Positions 40,910 through 51,646 of a stretch of DNA of 64,000 bases are shown one piece after another. The DNA comes from Candidatus Thorarchaeota archaeon (GTDB lineage: Archaea > Asgardarchaeota > Thorarchaeia > Thorarchaeales > Thorarchaeaceae). The notes beneath the pieces are model-generated. The model had not been told where the DNA came from, ran no database searches, and saw only the letters and a list, made by a program, of their open reading frames with translations. Position 1 is the stretch's first letter, and each line of letters opens with the position of its first letter. Location: contig CAVSBO010000004.1 in assembly GCA_963726195.1 (NCBI GenBank), positions 192,001-256,000 on the forward strand, in the 5' to 3' direction. The position numbers were made by a program, and so were the translations under genes.

Positions 40910-42943
40910 ATGAGGAAGTATCCCTGCAAAGAACCTGTCCTTGTTACATGCGGACTGCCATACGCCAGTGGCCCATTGCATCTAGGGCACCTCAGGACCT
41001 ACGTGCCTGCAGATGTCTTCGTTAGATTTCTGAGAAAGCTGGGCGTGAATACGACTTTCATTTGTGGTTCGGATACGCATGGGACTCCCATCATGGCTGC
41101 CGCCGAGAAGGCAGGTGTCACCCCTAAGGAGTTGTTCACGAAGTACCACCAGCTGTACCAGACCATCTTTCCGAGGCTCGGCATTTACTTCGACAACTAT
41201 GGTAGCACAGATGATCCAGAGAATCACAGTAGGACAACGCAGATTGTGACCGCTCTTCAAAAGGGCGGCTACATCTACGCCAAGGATCTCCAGACACCAT
41301 ACTGTGACAATGAGAAGAGATCCTTGCCTGACCGGTATGTCAGGGGCGAGTGTCCATATTGCCACAAGGATGCGAGAGGTGACGAATGTGACCAGGGGTG
41401 TGGCAGATACTTGGAGCCTGGAGAGATATTGAACCCCCGTTGCGCAATATGCGGCTCACCCACGCACCCAATAACTCGAAAGCACTACTACTTCCGGCTC
41501 ACGAGCTTCGCCGACTTCCTGCAGAAGTACCTTGAGGGACTAGACGGTACGAAGAACGCGAGGAACTACGCTCTCGGATGGCTTCACGAGGGGCTCAAAG
41601 ACTGGTGCATAACGCGTGATATTGATTGGGGCGTGAGATACCCAGGAGACGAGAAACTGGTTCTGTATGTCTGGGTTGATGCTCCTATTGGCTACATATC
41701 CAGCACTGAAGAGTGGGCCAAGAAGATTGGGAAACCGAATGCTTGGGAGCGCTTCTGGAAGCCGGGCGATGGGCGCATAGTCCATTACATAGGGCAAGAC
41801 ATTACTTACCATCACTGTATCTTCTGGCCTGCGATGCTGAAGGGAAGCGGCTACAATCTGCCGGATGCAGTAGTTGCATCAGGCATGGTGACCGTAGGAG
41901 GTAACAAGCTCAGCAAGAGCAGAGGATACGTCATCTGGATTGGAGAGGATTACTTGGACAACAACCTTGATCCTGACTATATGCGATACTACATGGTTTC
42001 GTACTCCAGCCAGACTAAGGACCTTGACTTCACGTGGGAGTCATTCAATGAGAAGGTCAACAGCGAGCTCGTGAATACACTTGGCAACTTCCTATACAGA
42101 GCATTGTACTTCGCCAAACAGAACTTCAATGGCGTCCCTCAGGGAAAACCAGCAGAAGCAATTCAGCAGAGAATCCAGAAGACAGTCGAGGCTGTCATTG
42201 ACGGCATCAACGAGTATGAGCTGAAAAAAGTGGCTGACGAGGTCATGGCTCTGGCCGCCTATGGCAACGAATACTTCCAGAGCAACAGACCGTGGGAGTT
42301 AGTCAAGAAGGACAAGGTGAAATGCCAAGAAGTGGTTTACAACTCGCTGAACTTGGCCAAAGCCATAGCAGTCCTCATTGAGCCAATCATGCCGTCTGTG
42401 GCAGAGAAGGTCTGGTGTCAGTTCGCGTTGAGTTCCGACGTGCATAAGGTCGGGCTCGACGAGACATCAAAGCCCTTGAAAGAAGGGTCGAAGCTTGGTG
42501 ATGTCAGCCCTGTAATAGTCAAAATCGATGAAGAACTCCTCTCAAGGTTGTCCGATGTGACATCCAAACGTATACAAGCGGCGCTAGCTGCGGACCATGC
42601 GGAGCCTGAAGTCAAGATGATATCTTTCGAGGAATTCAAGAAGATGGACCTGCGTGCAGGGAAAATCATCGAGTGTACTCGTGTTCCGAGAACAGACAAG
42701 CTTCTGAAGCTGCAGGTAGACATCGGCACCGAAGTTAGGACAATAGTCACTGGTCTGGGTCACCTCTATCCGCCTGAGAAGCTGAAAGGCCTTACTGCAT
42801 TGTTCATTGTCAATCTGGAATCGAAGAAGATTGGCGGAATCGAGAGCAAGGGCATGATTATCGCGATTGAGAAGGCCGATGAGCCTGACCACTGGGTCCC
42901 TGTAACAGTCGAAGGAGTACCGCCGGGAAGCAAGGCCGCTTGA
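40910..42943 (+). CDS. metG: Methionyl-tRNA synthetase
   Basis: LPYASGPLHLGH, GSDTHG, Zn knuckles, YVWVDAPIGY, KLSKS; C-terminal tRNA-binding domain (ISFEEFKKMDLRAG). Confidence 0.97.
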   Translation: MRKYPCKEPVLVTCGLPYASGPLHLGHLRTYVPADVFVRFLRKLGVNTTFICGSDTHGTPIMAAAEKAGVTPKELFTKYHQLYQTIFPRLGIYFDNYGSTDDPENHSRTTQIVTALQKGGYIYAKDLQTPYCDNEKRSLPDRYVRGECPYCHKDARGDECDQGCGRYLEPGEILNPRCAICGSPTHPITRKHYYFRLTSFADFLQKYLEGLDGTKNARNYALGWLHEGLKDWCITRDIDWGVRYPGDEKLVLYVWVDAPIGYISSTEEWAKKIGKPNAWERFWKPGDGRIVHYIGQDITYHHCIFWPAMLKGSGYNLPDAVVASGMVTVGGNKLSKSRGYVIWIGEDYLDNNLDPDYMRYYMVSYSSQTKDLDFTWESFNEKVNSELVNTLGNFLYRALYFAKQNFNGVPQGKPAEAIQQRIQKTVEAVIDGINEYELKKVADEVMALAAYGNEYFQSNRPWELVKKDKVKCQEVVYNSLNLAKAIAVLIEPIMPSVAEKVWCQFALSSDVHKVGLDETSKPLKEGSKLGDVSPVIVKIDEELLSRLSDVTSKRIQAALAADHAEPEVKMISFEEFKKMDLRAGKIIECTRVPRTDKLLKLQVDIGTEVRTIVTGLGHLYPPEKLKGLTALFIVNLESKKIGGIESKGMIIAIEKADEPDHWVPVTVEGVPPGSKAA

Positions 42944-42972
42944 GCCAATACTGCATAGCGCTTGGCACTACC

Positions 42973-43587
42973 TCATCGAGAGCCCTCTGACAGGACTGGT
43001 TCGACGAAGTTCTTCAGATCGTCAATGCCAGCATAGACGTGAGCGTCTATTCCTAGGCTCGCTGCTGCGGCAATGTTGCTCTCTTTGTCATCAAAGAACA
43101 GGCACTCCTGAGGACGGACTCCCACCACCTTGAGCATCTCCAGAAATGACTGTGCATCAGGCTTTGTGTATCCAACATCGCTGGATGCAACTACATGAGT
43201 GAACGGGCTATCCTTCCCGAAGTCCCTGAGAATCTTCTTCTTTGATTCGGTGTCAGAATTGCTGAATATGGAAACGGGAATCGTCTTGGAGACTGTCTTG
43301 AGGTACGCCAACAAGTCCGTGTCGATTGACGAAGTGTTATCGTAAACCGACTGCATGACACGCTTGTGTGACACGCGTTTCAATCGAGGCTCTTTCGCTT
43401 GGACCTTCTTCCACCATTCGTTTCGGGTCGTCTTTCCCCTGAGAAGTGCCCTGCCAAACTCATCGTGCCAAAGCGTGTCGTTGAAATCATCTAACTCGAA
43501 GCCCATATTCCTACAGGCCTCTTGGGCTGCCCGTTTGTCAAGCAACCTCAATACTCCATCAAGATCGACAACTAGTGCTCGAATCAT
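42973..43587 (-). CDS. HAD-superfamily phosphatase
   Basis: MIRALVVDLDGVL, FSN, KPD, FFDDKESN. Confidence 0.9.
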   Translation of the reverse strand: MIRALVVDLDGVLRLLDKRAAQEACRNMGFELDDFNDTLWHDEFGRALLRGKTTRNEWWKKVQAKEPRLKRVSHKRVMQSVYDNTSSIDTDLLAYLKTVSKTIPVSIFSNSDTESKKKILRDFGKDSPFTHVVASSDVGYTKPDAQSFLEMLKVVGVRPQECLFFDDKESNIAAAASLGIDAHVYAGIDDLKNFVEPVLSEGSR

Positions 43588-43785
43588 TGTCTTTGCCAAT
43601 CGTCTTCTGCAGATGGCTTTTGCGGAGATTCGAGTGCAGACAGGGGTCCATATCCAAGGTGCCATCGAGCCGAATACTCGATTGTGCACAAGATAGGAAG
43701 TGTTGAGACTATCACACCGACGCTTGCAGAGAGGCATCCGCATCGTTCATCTAGCTGTCGAGCTCAGGATGGGGTCAGTGATTGA

Positions 43786-46700
43786 GTGAACTTAAGAATC
43801 CGCGGCGCTCGCGAACACAACCTCAAGGGCGTAGACGTCGACATTGGTGACGGTCTCACAGTTGTTACGGGCGTCTCCGGCTCTGGCAAGACATCCTTGG
43901 TGTTCGATACACTATATCATGAATCGCGCCGGCGGTTCCTCGATGTGTTCTCAACGCGTGCTCAGTTGATTCGTCTTGCTCCCGCGAATGTTGAGTCACT
44001 GACCGGCGTGGGCCCCGCGGTTGCCGTCGGTCAGAATCTTCTGAACCGCAATCCTCTTTCTACGGTCGCAACCGCGTGTGGGCTTCACCCGTTCCTCCGC
44101 CTTCTTTATGCAAGGTTTGGTGTCAGGTACTGCTCTCAGTGCGGAGAAGGCCTGTCCATTCTTTCAGAGGATGAAATACTGGAGAGAATCCTTGCTATCT
44201 CGAGGCAGGATAAGGTCACGCTCTATGCCCCGATTGTGCGCGACGCAAGAGGAAGCCATCGCACTTTGCTGGAAATTCTTTCAACGGAGTTCGGCAAGGA
44301 GTCTCTAGTTGTGGACGGAAGATCTTTGTCCGACAAGCGCCTGCGACCTATTGACGAGCATACGATTGAGGTGAGGCTTGCTAGTCTCTCACCCGGCTCT
44401 CCTCTGGCGGCCGTTCGTTCCGCCATCGAGAGGTCTGCCGCACTGGGTGCCAGCGCGATTGTTGCGGACACTGATGGCTCAAGACTGGCTCTATCAAGGG
44501 CCCCGATTTGTCCCACTTGTGGAACTCATTTTGACGAGATCCAGCCTGTTCATTTTCACACTGCATGCCCGTACTGTGAAGGCAAAGGGTGTCAGGAGTG
44601 TAGCATGTCCGGACTCCTCCCGCAGGCTGCGGCGGTCCGATGGGAGAATCTCAGAATCGATGAACTGCTTGCTCTCACCGTAGACGAGGCACAGGCTCTC
44701 TTCACGAAGACCAATATGCCTTCGACTGGTAATCGTTTGAAATCAGAGATTGCGAAGAGGCTTGATGCACTTCAAACAGTGGGCCTTGGATACATTCAGC
44801 TATGCAGGTCGTCGCCGACGCTTTCGCGAGGAGAATCGCAGCGCGTTCGCTTGGCGGTCTGTTTGTCAAGTCGACTGGAAGATGTGTTGCACGTGTTGGA
44901 TGAGCCTACAATAGGCCAACATCCTGCTGATGTTGCGAGGATTCTGCCAGCCTTCCGGAATCTTGCAGGACCCGTGGTTTATGTTGAGCATGACAGAGCC
45001 GCAGCCGCTTATGCTGACCGGGCGATAGACCTCGGGCCCGGCGCGGGCGATGAAGGAGGAAAAATGGTATTCGCGGGTGCACCTGCAGACTTGTGGCAAT
45101 CGGAAACAATCACGGGACGCTACTTCAGCCTGCGTGAAAGGGTGGTCGCTGCCGCGCCGCGATCAAAGTCCAAACAATTCCTAGAGATTCTCGGAGCCAA
45201 TGTTCATAATCTTCAGGCCATAGACATCTCGATTCCGGTAGGCAGGTTCGTAGTGATAACAGGAGTATCGGGCTCGGGTAAGAGCACGCTTGTCGAGGAT
45301 GTTCTGGTCCCATCACTTGCTAAGGGAAAGCCTGTGAACTGCAGAGCGGTGATTGGACCCAAGCTTAAGCCTGTGGTCGTAGATCAGAGTCCGATTGGTC
45401 GCAATCCCAGATCAAACCCCGCCACTTACACAAAGCTCTCCGACATTGTTCGGGACTTGTATGCGAAGCAGACCGGATTGTCGCCGTCGCACTATTCGTT
45501 TAACAGGCCTGAGGGTGCCTGTCCCACCTGTGCTGGCATCGGAGCCGTTGAAGTGAAGATGCGGTATCTGCCTTCAACTTGGATTCCATGCTCAGACTGT
45601 GATTCTCAACGGTTCTCAGATGAAGTACTTTCGAGAAAGGTCGAACTCGGTGGGCAGAGACTGTCGATTGCGGATTTCTACAGGCTATCTATCTTTCAGG
45701 TCCGTGCTCTCTTGGCAGAGGATAGTCGGCTTTCTGCAGCAAACCGAGCTTCTGTCAGAAGCATGCTGGATGCGTTGGTAACAATCGGACTTGGCTACGT
45801 CCCCATGGGCCAACCATCACCCAGCCTTTCAGGCGGTGAATCGCAGAGAGTGAAGCTTGCCAAGTTTCTGGGTAGAAAGAAGCTCGCCGACCGTCTGATA
45901 ATCCTAGATGAACCGACTACCGGATTACACCCACGAGATCTCAGAGGCTTGCTAGAGGTTCTCAACACGCTAGTCGAAGCCGGAGCCAGCGTGGTTGTTG
46001 TCGAGCATAATCTGGACATCATTCGAGCGGCGGATTGGGTGGTTGATCTTGGTCCTGGAGCAGGACCCATGGGAGGTCAGGTTGTCTACGAGGGCCCACC
46101 CAGCGAACTGATGACCACGAGAGCCTCTGTAACTGGGAAGGCATTAAGGGAAGAAGAATCAATCCATCCTCAGGCGGGAGCTGGGAAGGTTGGTGGACAA
46201 TCAGACTGCATCTCGATTAGGAATGCTCGCGCGAATAACCTCAAGGGTGTTGACATAGACATTCCCAAGGGGCTGTTCACGGTCGTCACCGGAGTGTCTG
46301 GTTCTGGCAAGTCCAGCCTTGTTCATGATGTGCTTGAGGCTGAAGCCAAGAGGAGATTCTTGGAGAGTCTCTCATTATATGAAAGACAAGGAATCCAAGA
46401 AGGTCCGGAAGCTCCTGTTGGATCAGTCAGTGGGCTCGGCGTTTCAGTGTCTATCACTCCGGGTGAAAGGCTTTACAGTAGACGTTCTACGGTCGGGACT
46501 GTCACTGAGATTTCACATCATCTTGCAGTCCTGCTTGCTACGCTTGGCGAACGCACGTGTCTCAAATGCGGAGCGAAGATGGAGAGAGGCGTGGAATGGA
46601 CATGCGCGACATGCGAGGAGACCGCTCCTGTTCTTGAGGCAAGGCACTTCTCATCGTCCACATACTACTCGGCTTGTCCAATGTGCAACGGGATCGGCAC

Positions 46701-48647
46701 TCTTCAGGTGCCCGATTCTAGTAAGCTAATCATCAATCCTGACCGGGCAATATGCGGCGGAGCAATGTACTCCCCCGGTTTCTTCCCTAAAGGTTACCTG
46801 TGCAAACCGTACAACCATGGTTACTATTTCGTGCGGGCTTTGGGCCATCGATATGGTTTCGACCCGGAAATCACACCGTGGAATGAAATGAATCCTGAAG
46901 CGCAGAATGCTTTCTTGTTTGGCGACTCGGAGCCACTCAGTGTAACGGTCGAGAGTCGGACCAGACCTCCCACAATCAGGAATCTCCCATATCGCGGATT
47001 CTACGGTCTCATAGGAGACTGGGACGTTGGCGGAACCTACACGAGCACCAAGATTTGCACACAGTGCAATGGCACTGGGTTTCGTCCTGAGGTCTTGGCG
47101 GTTAGACTCGCTGGATACGATGTTCATGCACTTGGTGAGATGCCACTTACCAGACTGTTCTCAAGTCCTCGGTACTCTGGAGACCGTGGTTCCAAAATCA
47201 ACTCAGTCCAAAGCCAACTTGAAAACAATCCTAGAACGCCTGAAGTTCCTAGTCAGTGTCGGGGTCGGATATCTGCATTTGAACAGAGTCTCAGCCACCC
47301 TCTCTGCTGGCGAGGCTCAAAGAGTTCGCATTGCAGGGATTCTCGGAAGTGGTCTCACGTCACTGACGGTCTTGCTTGATGAGCCGTCCAGAGGAATGCA
47401 TCCGTCAGAAGTGGATGCACTCGCCAATGTCCTGAAAGAGCTGCGACACGAAGGCAACACCGTTGTCGTGGTGGAGCACGACCCGGCCCTAATCAAAGCC
47501 GCAGACCACATCGTGGAGATGGGCCCCGGTCCTGGAGACGATGGCGGGAACGTAATTGCAGAAGGCAATATCGATGATGTTGGGAGGACCGACACTCCGA
47601 CTGGTAGGTGGTTGCGAGGCGAGTTCAGGATAGAAATCCCGAAGGAGAGAAGAGAACCAAAGGATTGGCTCGTTGTAAAGGGCGCACGAGAAAACAACCT
47701 TCGCGAAGCGGATGTCAGAGTGCCTCTCGGCCTGCTAGTAGGCGTGTGTGGTGTCTCGGGCTCGGGAAAGAGCACTCTCATAGTGGACACGATAGGCCGT
47801 GCCCTTGCGCCAAGACAGATAACGACGAGTGTTGCGCAGGAACCGATGCAACCTGGCGCCCATGACTCGATCGAAGGCGCACCAAGAAGAACAATCGTTC
47901 TTGATCAGACCCGCGAACACATAATCAATCCCGGTCAATTTCTCGATGTCTTTGGACCACTGACATCCCTGTATGCTGAGAGCAATGATGCCAAGGCCCT
48001 TGGGCTTTCTGAGGACGATTTGACCAGACCATGTTCCACATGCGATGGTCGGGGGATGATCCGAACCGACATGGGTTTTCTCCCGGATGCGATTACACCT
48101 TGCGAGACATGTCAGGGGACCGGGAGGTCAAAGGAGTCTTGGGACGTACGTGTGAGCGGCGTTGCGTATCCAGAGCTTGCCCGGTTGACCATTGACCGGG
48201 CTTGGGCGTTGTTCGGTGAAATCGGAGCCATTGGAAGGAGGCTGCAGGCTGCAAGGGATGTCGGCCTAGGCTATCTTGTCCTACACCAACCGGGCCAGAC
48301 ACTATCAGGCGGGGAGTGTCAGCGTTCTCAAGATTGCAAAGGAGCTTTCACGGGATGTCCCATCACCGACGATGTATATTCTGGATGAACCTACAGTGGG
48401 CCTGCACGTTCAAGACGTGGACAGACTGATTCGAGTATTGCGTACGATAGTGGATGGCGGAGATTCTGTTGTTGTGATTGAGCATCACCCTCATTTTCTT
48501 TCAGCATGTGACTGGCTTATTGAACTAGGTCCAGGGGCAGGACCGGACGGAGGCCGGGTTATTGCTTCAGGTACGCCTGAGCGCATAGCACACTCTGATA
48601 CACCAACTGCTCCATATCTAAGAGACGTTCTGGAGGCCGAAAGATGA
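43786..48647 (+). CDS. uvrA: Tandem-duplicated UvrA-like ABC ATPase with four nucleotide-binding domains; frameshifts near 47158 and 48325
   Basis: Four GVSGSGK(T/S) Walker A motifs, four LS(R/G/A)GE.QR signatures, four LDEP Walker B motifs, GARxxNL motifs and multiple CxxC Zn sites. Confidence 0.88.
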
Positions 48648-49681
48648 CTTGGGCCGCCCTTCTCTTGGCAGATCCTTCTCCCTGTTCTCAGGCTGCTCGT
48701 TCTTCGGGAACTCCTGCATCGTCCTGAGGGAGACCCCGAACTCAGCGAGCTAACCAGCTCAAGGATGAAGATCCCGTCTCTAGGATGCTTCTTCGCTTGC
48801 AGCTTGATGATGGTTCGTGGAAAGACACATCGGCTTCCGGAAGTGCTCGAAGAGAGCGTCACATTGCGACGTCACATGCATTAGCAACCTTGGGTTTTCT
48901 TGGATATAATGCAGAGCACCCGGCTGTCAAGCGCGGCACAGAGTATCTCTTCTCAAAGCAGAAGCATGACGGGTCGTGGCCACTTCCCGGCAATTGGGAA
49001 CGCGAGGAACCGACGGCAAAGGGCTACACAATGATTCCTCTGCAGACGGCAGTTCCTCTTCGTGGCATTGCAGCATGCGGTCTTGGAACGGACCCGCGAG
49101 CTGAACAGGCGTATGAGTGGCTGCTGTCCCAGACCCTAGAGGATGGGTCTTGGCCAACGGGGAAGGCTGGCGAGGTCTACGGACGTGTTGCAGGTTATCG
49201 GCGTTTGCCACACTCACGCTGGGGCTGCCGGTCGAACACAACAGCATCACTGATTTGCTTGGCCCTGCACGCGGCAAGGAGGACAAGCACTGCGGCCAAG
49301 CGGGCACTTGACGTACTTCTTGCGCGAGAAACACGTGAACGGCTCGATTTGGGCTTTGAGGTTGCGAGGACCATCGGGGTCGAGAAGTCAAGCGGCTTCC
49401 TTACGTATCACGCCAAGTTCGATATGGCGCTCCTTCTCGGTCTATGTTGGAGAATAGGCGCGGACAAGAGCGATGAACGCATTTCCGAACTGACTAACTA
49501 CATCATAAAACAACAAGGCATGTACGGCCTTTGGGAATACCTGCCTCACCCAGAGGCATCGAGGTGGGTGACCTTCGATATTCTTAGGTCACTGGAGCAA
49601 CTGGACAAGTCGACGGATTGGCTGACGATGGAGCCCCGTACCGCCTTCAGTGCCTATCCGAAGAGAACAAAACGATATTGA
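48644..49681 (+). CDS. Cytoplasmic QW/prenyltransferase-repeat alpha/alpha-barrel protein; N-terminus disrupted by two frameshifts
   Basis: ATG 48644 overlaps the UvrA stop (ATGA). MTWAALLLADPSPC-LRLLVLRELL; QLDDGSW, QKHDGSW, QTLEDGSW, QGMYGLW. Confidence 0.75.
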
Positions 49682-49711
49682 GGGCTGGACTTCGTCCTAC
49701 CGAGTTGGGTT

Positions 49712-50074
49712 CTAGGACTGAGTCTCAACCTTGTCCATCTTCAGATTTGGGAGCTTTATTGCGAGAACTCTCACATCTTGGCCTTCGGCGGTTTCGAACC
49801 AGTGAGCTTCTCCCGGCTCGACGACAATCACGTCTCCTTCACTCACTTCCAGTAGTTGATTGCCGACTCCCATCTTTGTTGAATCAACAAAGAAGAACGC
49901 TTCTTCAAGTTCCCTGTGTAGATGGGGATCGGTTTTCATACCGCCGGGAATCTTAACCCAAATGAATCCCGCTGTGTCGAGCCTTTTCTTGAACTTCAAA
50001 TCTGCCACATACTTCCGGCCATAGCCCCCCATGCCCACTAGCTCTGAGTCAGAGGAGCGATATACCTTTACCAT
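49712..50074 (-). CDS. Cupin-domain protein
   Basis: PHLHRELEEAFF and GDVIVVEPGEAHWF metal-binding motifs. Confidence 0.85.
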   Translation of the reverse strand: MVKVYRSSDSELVGMGGYGRKYVADLKFKKRLDTAGFIWVKIPGGMKTDPHLHRELEEAFFFVDSTKMGVGNQLLEVSEGDVIVVEPGEAHWFETAEGQDVRVLAIKLPNLKMDKVETQS

Positions 50075-50243
50075 TGCTATCACTGCCCTGTATTGGGAGT
50101 CCACGCCGTGATTAGTCTTACTGAGCAGCGTAGCCCCAATCTATCCCAGTCGTCCTGGGCAAGTCATGAGCGCGGTTTATCGTTGACGAAGATTGGAGTT
50201 GCATATTGCACTAGGTTCCGCCGACAGTTGGGGAAAGTAAGTC

Positions 50244-50630
50244 TCATTCTGCCAAGATGAGAATGCGTTTCGTCTTAACGCCCGTGCTGGTGTTTATGAG
50301 TTCTAGGAGTTTCGTGACTAGGCGTGTAATGTCTGGGTTCTCGATGTCGAGTATCACACCGCTCGAGTCGACGAAGTTCACATGTGGCTCAGGGTTGAGC
50401 TCGTAGCGCGTTTCACCATTGTATGAGAACCTTTGGATGAGGCCGATGTCCACCATTACTGTCAGGTTATTGAGTATGGTAGACTCGCTCACGTTTGCGT
50501 ACTTCTTCTTGACATTTTCACAAACCTCAGAGAATGACGGATGGTGGCGTCCCATCTTCTCAAGAACCTTGAGGAGTTCGACCCGTTGCGGCGTGAGCCG
50601 CAGTCCGTGCTCCTTTAGACTCTCGTTCAC
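50244..50630 (-). CDS. Fur/PerR-family transcriptional regulator
   Basis: LKEHGLRLTPQR, HHPS, VSESTILNNL, RYELNPEPHVNF; divergent from DpsL. Confidence 0.88.
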   Translation of the reverse strand: MNESLKEHGLRLTPQRVELLKVLEKMGRHHPSFSEVCENVKKKYANVSESTILNNLTVMVDIGLIQRFSYNGETRYELNPEPHVNFVDSSGVILDIENPDITRLVTKLLELINTSTGVKTKRILILAE

Positions 50631-50667
50631 AAGATTGAGGACGTAAGTGTGAGTTATAAACGTATCC

Positions 50668-50708
50668 GAAGTAAGATTTATATAGAAGTTACTACGACTT
50701 AGAAGTAA
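50668..50708. promoter_or_regulatory. Candidate operator overlapping dpsL TATA box
   Basis: GAAGT(A/T)A at 50668, 50685 and 50702 (17-bp period) around TTTATATA (50677-50684). Confidence 0.5.
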
Positions 50709-50719
50709 GGTGACATAAT

Positions 50720-51271
50720 ATGGCGCGTGTCGCTAGAGAAATGGTTGAAAAAGCAGGAATCGACGTCGACAAGCTGCTGACCCTCTTGGTAAAGAATGCG
50801 GCGGCCGAGTTGACTACGTTCTACTACTACACAATCCTCCGAGTCAATTTGATTGGACTAGAGGGTGAAGGGATAAAGGAAATTGCAGAAACAGCACGGA
50901 TCGAGGACAGGAATCACTTCGAGGCATTGGTTCCCCGTATCTACGAACTTGGTGGCGAGTTGCCAGCAAGCATGGTTGATTTTCACAACCTAACAGCTTG
51001 CCCACCTGCGAAACTGCCCAAGGATCCCAAGGACATCAAGGCGATGCTGACAGTGCTCGTTGAGGCAGAGCGATGTGCAGTCAGGGGATACACCCAGATC
51101 TGCAACCTGACAGCTAGCAAGGACCACAGAACCTACGATCTTGCCTTGGCCATTCTGAATGAGGAAATCGAACATGAGTCTTGGTTTTCAGAGTTCCTAG
51201 GCGAAGGCCCATCTGGTCACTTTCTCCGTCGTGGCGAAACATCGCCCTTCGTGGGGAAGTTCATGCGCTAG
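50720..51271 (+). CDS. dps: DPS-like (DpsL) archaeal ferritin-superfamily protein
   Basis: AAELTTFYYYTILR, ARIEDRNHFE, ACPPA, AERCAV, DHRTYDL, EEIEHESWF. Confidence 0.93.
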   Translation: MARVAREMVEKAGIDVDKLLTLLVKNAAAELTTFYYYTILRVNLIGLEGEGIKEIAETARIEDRNHFEALVPRIYELGGELPASMVDFHNLTACPPAKLPKDPKDIKAMLTVLVEAERCAVRGYTQICNLTASKDHRTYDLALAILNEEIEHESWFSEFLGEGPSGHFLRRGETSPFVGKFMR

Positions 51272-51646
51272 AGTGCAGCATGTCTTTCGTTCTCTGATGT
51301 ACTGTTCTTGCCCACAATTCTGCTTCGGCATCCCAGACTGAAGGGAGGTTGGGCGAGAATAAGCCTCGTGGCCCTTGGACGGGCTATTTCATGCTCGTCC
51401 TTGCGGCCTAGTTTTCCCAAAATGGAGTATGCCAGTCAGCTCACTTCTCGATAGTTTGCAGAGGTATTGATTATAAGAGCCCCAGTAGCTCTTGCGGAAG
51501 ACTCCAACCGGCGTAATGCCTGAAGCTATCCCCAAGGAAAACAAAGCTAGAGGCAAAGAATGTATGTTTTGTCAATGTTGTCCGAGACGCAAATCGACTG
51601 AAAGGAAGTGGGGTGTTCGGAAATGTCCGGTTCGCCGCCAGACACA

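Noticed and set aside
48644-49681. Squalene-hopene or oxidosqualene cyclase
   Set aside because: Only one barrel (~345 codons) and no DxDD/DCTAE catalytic motif.
51400-51646. Mn-sensing yybP-ykoY riboswitch upstream of mntH
   Set aside because: The conserved core sequence and four-way architecture were not recognisable.
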